Below, piece after piece: positions 62,308 through 64,000 of a DNA stretch of 64,000 nucleotides; positions within the stretch are counted from its first letter, which is position 1; the number at the start of each line of letters is the position of its first letter. Below the pieces are notes generated by a model. The model was not told the origin of the DNA and searched no databases. It saw only the letters and a program-made list of their open reading frames with translations. The DNA lies in NCBI GenBank assembly GCA_043228905.1, contig JBHGNT010000006.1, forward strand, positions 18,352,001 to 18,416,000, given 5' to 3'. Source of the DNA: Azolla caroliniana. Taxonomy: Eukaryota; Plantae; Polypodiophyta. Position numbers and translations under genes: made by a program.

Positions 62308-63162
62308 TTATTCTGCACCCTCTCCCATGGTACTATGGTATCGATCTTTCTTCATCGCGTGGGACAGGTCTGTCTCCTCAGTCTCGGCTTGCGGCCTCAA
62401 TCTTTTCTCTTCCTCGAGCATCACCTCGAGAGCTGCGTACGCCTCCGCAATCTTGGCCCCAACGCCGACCCTTGCAGACTCTCTTTGCCGTTCGGCCTCT
62501 TCTTGCTGTGATGGCCTGTCGTCATGCGCCTTCCTCTTAGCCTTCTCGGCCCGCTCATTGTCTAGCCGTTGGCACACCCTTCCGACCTTCGACCAGTCCT
62601 CCGTAAGCCCATTTGCTTTGTCATCGTCTTCGAGCTCAATCCCGATGGCCTCCCGTTCTGCTTGGTCGATCGACCTGACGAACAATAGGACTTTGTCTGC
62701 CCCCACCAAACCTTGTTCCCGCTCCGGGAGCCGAGCAAGACGTCGCTCAAACTCTCGGAATGCCTTCGTTGCACCCCGGTGGGTCTCTGCCGATGCTACC
62801 CACTGGTCGAAGTCGTGCCATCCCCGGCTTTTCGGCCGTCCTCCATATGCCTGCCGGAGCGCCTCTTCAAAGGCCTCCCACGAACTATGAGCTTCTCGGA
62901 GCTCCTTCACTTCCGCTTGCATACGGACGACGACAACCCGACGGAAGAAATCCAGCCTCAACGCTTCATCCACGTCTCGCTCCTCCATTTCCGCGTTGTA
63001 GGCTTCCAAGTAAGATGCGACTTTGTCCCCGTTAAAATGGCCGACTCTTTCGACCACTCGCTCAACCGCTTGATGCGTTGCTTCTCGCCTTATCACCACT
63101 CGTGCAAACTCCAACACCACTTCGGCCACCATCTCTGCGAGGTCGTCGTCTTCCGACTCCAT
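62308..63162 (-). CDS. G5 Gag (capsid-like), ~284 aa
   Basis: Aligns with G2 Gag: 'GHFNGDKVASYLEAY' vs 'GRFSGKDATSYLASY'; 'KVLLFVRSID' vs 'RVLLFVKSVD'; 'GLTEDWSKV' vs 'GLTTDWAAV'. Confidence 0.8.
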   Translation of the reverse strand: MESEDDDLAEMVAEVVLEFARVVIRREATHQAVERVVERVGHFNGDKVASYLEAYNAEMEERDVDEALRLDFFRRVVVVRMQAEVKELREAHSSWEAFEEALRQAYGGRPKSRGWHDFDQWVASAETHRGATKAFREFERRLARLPEREQGLVGADKVLLFVRSIDQAEREAIGIELEDDDKANGLTEDWSKVGRVCQRLDNERAEKAKRKAHDDRPSQQEEAERQRESARVGVGAKIAEAYAALEVMLEEEKRLRPQAETEETDLSHAMKKDRYHSTMGEGAE

Positions 63163-63319
63163 CCTCCCCTGCCGCGGTTCACGTCGGGTTCCCCAAAGAT
63201 GTCGCAAAGTTTCGCGTGTGCGTGTAGAAGGGCGGGACCACGGGGGTCTTGGACTAGGGAGTGACGGAGCGTAGGAAGTCGTGACACACCATTTCCGGGA
63301 CGCCGGAAACAACCCAAAA

Positions 63320-63554
63320 CCCCGATTACGGAGCCGGATGATGAAGACCCCGGCTACGGAGCCGGATGACGAATGTACCCGGAGAGAGATCTGGATGCGG
63401 GGACATATTTGTGAATATGTTTGCCAAGGACCCTTGAGGCTATATTTGTAAATAGCCCGAAAGTCATATGTGTATAAATATGACTTAGGGCAAACAGTTT
63501 AGTGTCTGTTACTTATTTTTCTGGTTTTCCAGTTAGTGGGAGCTAAGTGAGCAG

Positions 63555-63603
<49 letters not shown>

Positions 63604-64000
63604 GAAGAGGTCGTTGCCTCTGTGTATTACCGCCGCCTGTGGCGAAGACAGTGAGCTCAAGGTTGTTGCCTTGTAGCTTCACCATTGTACATCTCTATTT
63701 ATAGTGATAGTTGGAGTTTGAGGACTCCCGTGGTTTTTCCCATTTAGGGTTTTCCACGTAAAACATCCTGTGCACTCTTCTCTCTATTGTCTTCGTGCAT
63801 TTTGTATTTCCTGTTTTCTGTAAGTTGATCCTATTCCTCGGTTGTGGCCGAGCACTGTGTTTAACAAATTGGTATCAGAGCGACGGTGACACAGAAAATG
63901 GAAGGCGGCGGTAGTGGGCCTCCGGGCATGATGGTGTTGAACTCACAGAACTACGCCGACTGGAAGATAAAGATGGAAGACCTTCTCATCGTCCGAGACC
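63320..64000 (+). mobile_element. C8: Copia 5' end (LTR truncated on the left, PBS, gag start), C3-related
   Basis: LTR ends TTAACA at 63866, PBS TGGTATCAGAGC 63870-63881, ATG 63898 'MEGGGSGPPGMMVLNSQNYADWKIKMEDLLIVRD'; shares TATAAATATGACTTAGGGCAAAC and GGGTTTTCCACGTAAA with the C3 LTR. Confidence 0.9.

Larger units (their letters stand above)
58057..63319 (-). mobile_element. G5: Gag-only non-autonomous relative of G2; 5' LTR truncated
   Basis: 3' LTR 58057-58763 (minus start TGTCGTGAAG), PPT GGTGGGGGCGGA as in G2, PBS TGGGGAACCCGACGTGAA (~63178-63195), 5' LTR remnant 63200-63319; no pol motifs in the internal ORFs. Confidence 0.88.

Overview
Land-plant nuclear DNA, probably from a seed-free plant (inferred from a Tcn1-like self-priming chromovirus and a tRNA-Trp-primed Gypsy family). 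Roughly three quarters of the window is nested LTR retrotransposon, in two clusters (1-20.3 kb and 37-64 kb) plus one full-length chromovirus at 22.5-28.1 kb. I could delimit about 15 LTR insertions from their LTR termini, PBS, PPT and target-site duplications, with nesting up to four levels deep. The only clear host gene is a 3-exon GPI-anchored non-specific lipid-transfer protein (LTPG-type, minus strand, 30884-32024) in an AT-rich island containing hAT MITEs. The most notable observations are: (1) a very young non-autonomous Gypsy (near-identical 748-bp LTRs) with one intact ORF encoding Gag + protease + an in-frame minimised RT lacking the catalytic core; (2) a tRNA-Trp-primed Gypsy family (autonomous-type copy, Gag-only derivative, solo LTR) with 4-bp CG-centred target sites (CCGT twice, GCGT once); (3) a 179-bp dimeric higher-order tandem repeat inside a Copia LTR; (4) a chromovirus with Tf1-type self-priming and a tRNA-like Pol III cassette at its LTR tip. 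All coordinates were read by eye and may be off by a few bases. Lineage names are inferences, not database results.
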